Below, one piece after another: positions 62,181-64,000 of a DNA stretch of 64,000 nucleotides. A program made the position numbers and the translations under genes. Within the stretch, counting starts at the first letter, position 1, and each line of letters begins with the position of its first letter. The notes beneath the pieces were generated by a model. That model ran no database searches and was not told the DNA's origin. It saw nothing but the letters and a program-made list of their open reading frames with translations. Source of the stretch: Podospora anserina (taxonomy: Eukaryota); contig CM030332.1 in the NCBI GenBank assembly GCA_017654855.1, positions 2,790,001-2,854,000 on the forward strand, in the 5' to 3' direction.

Positions 62181-63718
62181 GACGGCGTGGGCTGTATATG
62201 AGCCTGTAATAGTGTGATTAAGTAGCAGGTGCGACAGTCGTTAAATAGGCAGACAGCCAAATGGGGTCGACTGGGCGGGTGAGCTAGGTAATGGATGTCA
62301 GGAAGGAATGGTGTGCACGTTGTGGTTCCTGCCTCAAGAAATCATAGCATCACTCGCGGGAGCTTGGTAAGGAACGAACCGCGCCTCAGCGCCTCAGCGG
62401 CCTCTTGGTGTACACAGTGCGCTAGGCTCCAATGAGCACCTCCAATCGCCGGCTGACTCAAGGGACCGGGGTCTACGATCGTCGAGGGTGGACAAAATAA
62501 CAAGTATCGCCAGTTCCTAAAGACGTCAAGCAATGGTCGAAAGTTCTTGTACAACTGTCGTGAGGTGTCAAGCGTAGCTGAAGGGCGTGAAGAGATAGGT
62601 TAAGGGCATCGCGCGGCAAGTGTTGGAAGACATTTATTTGAAAGGCATTGAAAAAGGTCTGCCTAGCGTTGGAAGATGGTAGGTTGAAGATGCCAAGGCG
62701 CTAAAGGACCGTTGAAAGGCTTCGAGAGTAAGGGAAATGCCTTCGAAATGGTCCATCAAGCTTGTTCAAGGCAGTTGGAAGGTGGCTCCGTCGAGAAATT
62801 GCGAGAGAGCACACACCTCATTGCGGCAGTTCCCAATTTCTTGTCCACAGTCAACACTTGCAGTGGGCTTTCGAATGACCCGCCGCAACCAGGATGCTTA
62901 GCTGATGCAGGGGCTGACACCGAGGGCGTGCCGTTGTCTTGCCGTAGGGCTGGTCATGTCCAGATCTCTGGGGTCAAGTGGGCTTCGCACTGAAAGTTTG
63001 ATGTGACTCCTTTGGACTGTCAGCTGTTGCCTTTGATGTTGATTTTTCAAGATTTTCTGAGACTTCAAGACCCAAATCCCAAAGTCTGCTCGCCCAGCAA
63101 CCCCTTCTTCTGACCCTTTATTCTCGGTCAACAGCACCTCGTGGCTTTTCTTGAGGGCCAGTCAGCGTGGGAGACCCGCCCCTTTAAGCGGCAGACCGGC
63201 AGCTGTCAAGCTCCGCCTCTGCAAAGAAACCAGCTCGTGGCTTGACTTACACCAAATGTGGCGCAAGGAAGCCCCGTTCCACTTCATAATGTCGGTCGAG
63301 GCAGGGTTGACATCTGGAGCTCAGCAGTTCGAAGCGGTTGGTATTTTTGCATGAGAACTTGTCGACTTTTATTCCCTGATCCTGCGAAGAGATAGTTACT
63401 GAGGCTTGGGAGAGTTATAGTGCTGGTGATCCCTTCAGAATACCATTAGTGTTTGCTGATATCATCGATGGCCAGTTTTGAGCCTGATGTTTCTGGCCAG
63501 CATCTCACGCTGTTGGCTGGAGTTGTCGCTGAAGAAGGAGCTATTGTTGCGCCCACTATTGTCGCCATGCTATTGTTGACAAAAGTGACTTCAAGTGAAA
63601 GCTCAGGCTGGCGATACTGCCCCGCCTTCTACTACAAGACTAGCGCCTCTCGCTTAACTATCTTCTTATCGCCTAGCGCCATTTTCACGTGATTTATCGC
63701 CCACAGATCCAGAGAAAA

Positions 63719-64000
63719 ATGGCATTGAATGCGGGGCAACAAGATTCTGCCGCCTCAGGGTTTGACAAGGCGAAAGCAGCAGAGGGCCAGGAATCGACAA
63801 AGAAAGTGCTCCCACCAGTCCGAACCCTCCCGTCGGGCCCCCTACCGCCCTACGAGTCTCTGGATGCGATTTCTCCGCCAGCAATACCAGAAGATTTTCA
63901 CGATATCGGTCGGTCCAAGCCCCTCTCTGACCTCCATTCCGACCGTACCCCATCCGATTTGAGCGACTACTCGGACCACAACACTACCAAGTACACCGAC
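63719..64000 (+). CDS. Possible 5' end of a gene running off the window
   Basis: AAAATGGCA start, 94 open codons to the edge (MALNAGQQDS...LPPYES...KYTD). No domain recognised. Confidence 0.45.
   Translation, partial: MALNAGQQDSAASGFDKAKAAEGQESTKKVLPPVRTLPSGPLPPYESLDAISPPAIPEDFHDIGRSKPLSDLHSDRTPSDLSDYSDHNTTKYTD

Noticed and set aside
62350-62620. CGCG cores upstream of chk2 as possible MCB cell-cycle elements
   Set aside because: None is a full ACGCGT, and CGCG alone is too frequent at this GC content.

Overview
Eukaryotic, gene-dense DNA from a filamentous ascomycete, not a prokaryote: it has short 51-128 nt spliceosomal introns with CTRAC branch points. Gene content and composition look Sordariales/Podospora-like, which is inference and not verified. 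About 22 protein-coding loci can be reconstructed by splicing the ORF track by hand: MDE1 (3' end), a GPI wall protein, two SDRs, SLD5, a Cys-rich type I membrane protein, palF/RIM8, an F-box protein, a phenol 2-monooxygenase, a PsuG-PfkB fusion, a secreted/GPI protein, UTP18, a small accessory patch (uncharacterised protein, small secreted Cys-rich protein and its decayed paralog), a 1764-aa uncharacterised protein, SEC20, MRPL44, IPP1, a MUN/C2 protein, a BAR-PH-ArfGAP and CHK2. No tRNA, rRNA, CRISPR or intact transposon was recognised. The most interesting signals not visible in the ORF track are: (1) IPP1 has an in-frame mitochondrial-type N-terminal extension and a hidden PTS1 (-ARL) behind its TGA, suggesting three-compartment targeting; (2) the palF upstream region combines four PacC sites, a 9x heptamer repeat and an in-frame uORF whose TAG abuts the start codon; (3) a tandem pair of small secreted proteins in which one copy is pseudogenised; (4) two GC-AG introns and a GAG acceptor; (5) a candidate FFAT/tail-anchored tether protein; (6) a recurrent C-rich to G-rich switch along coding strands. 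All family assignments come from motif recognition by eye; no database search was run.
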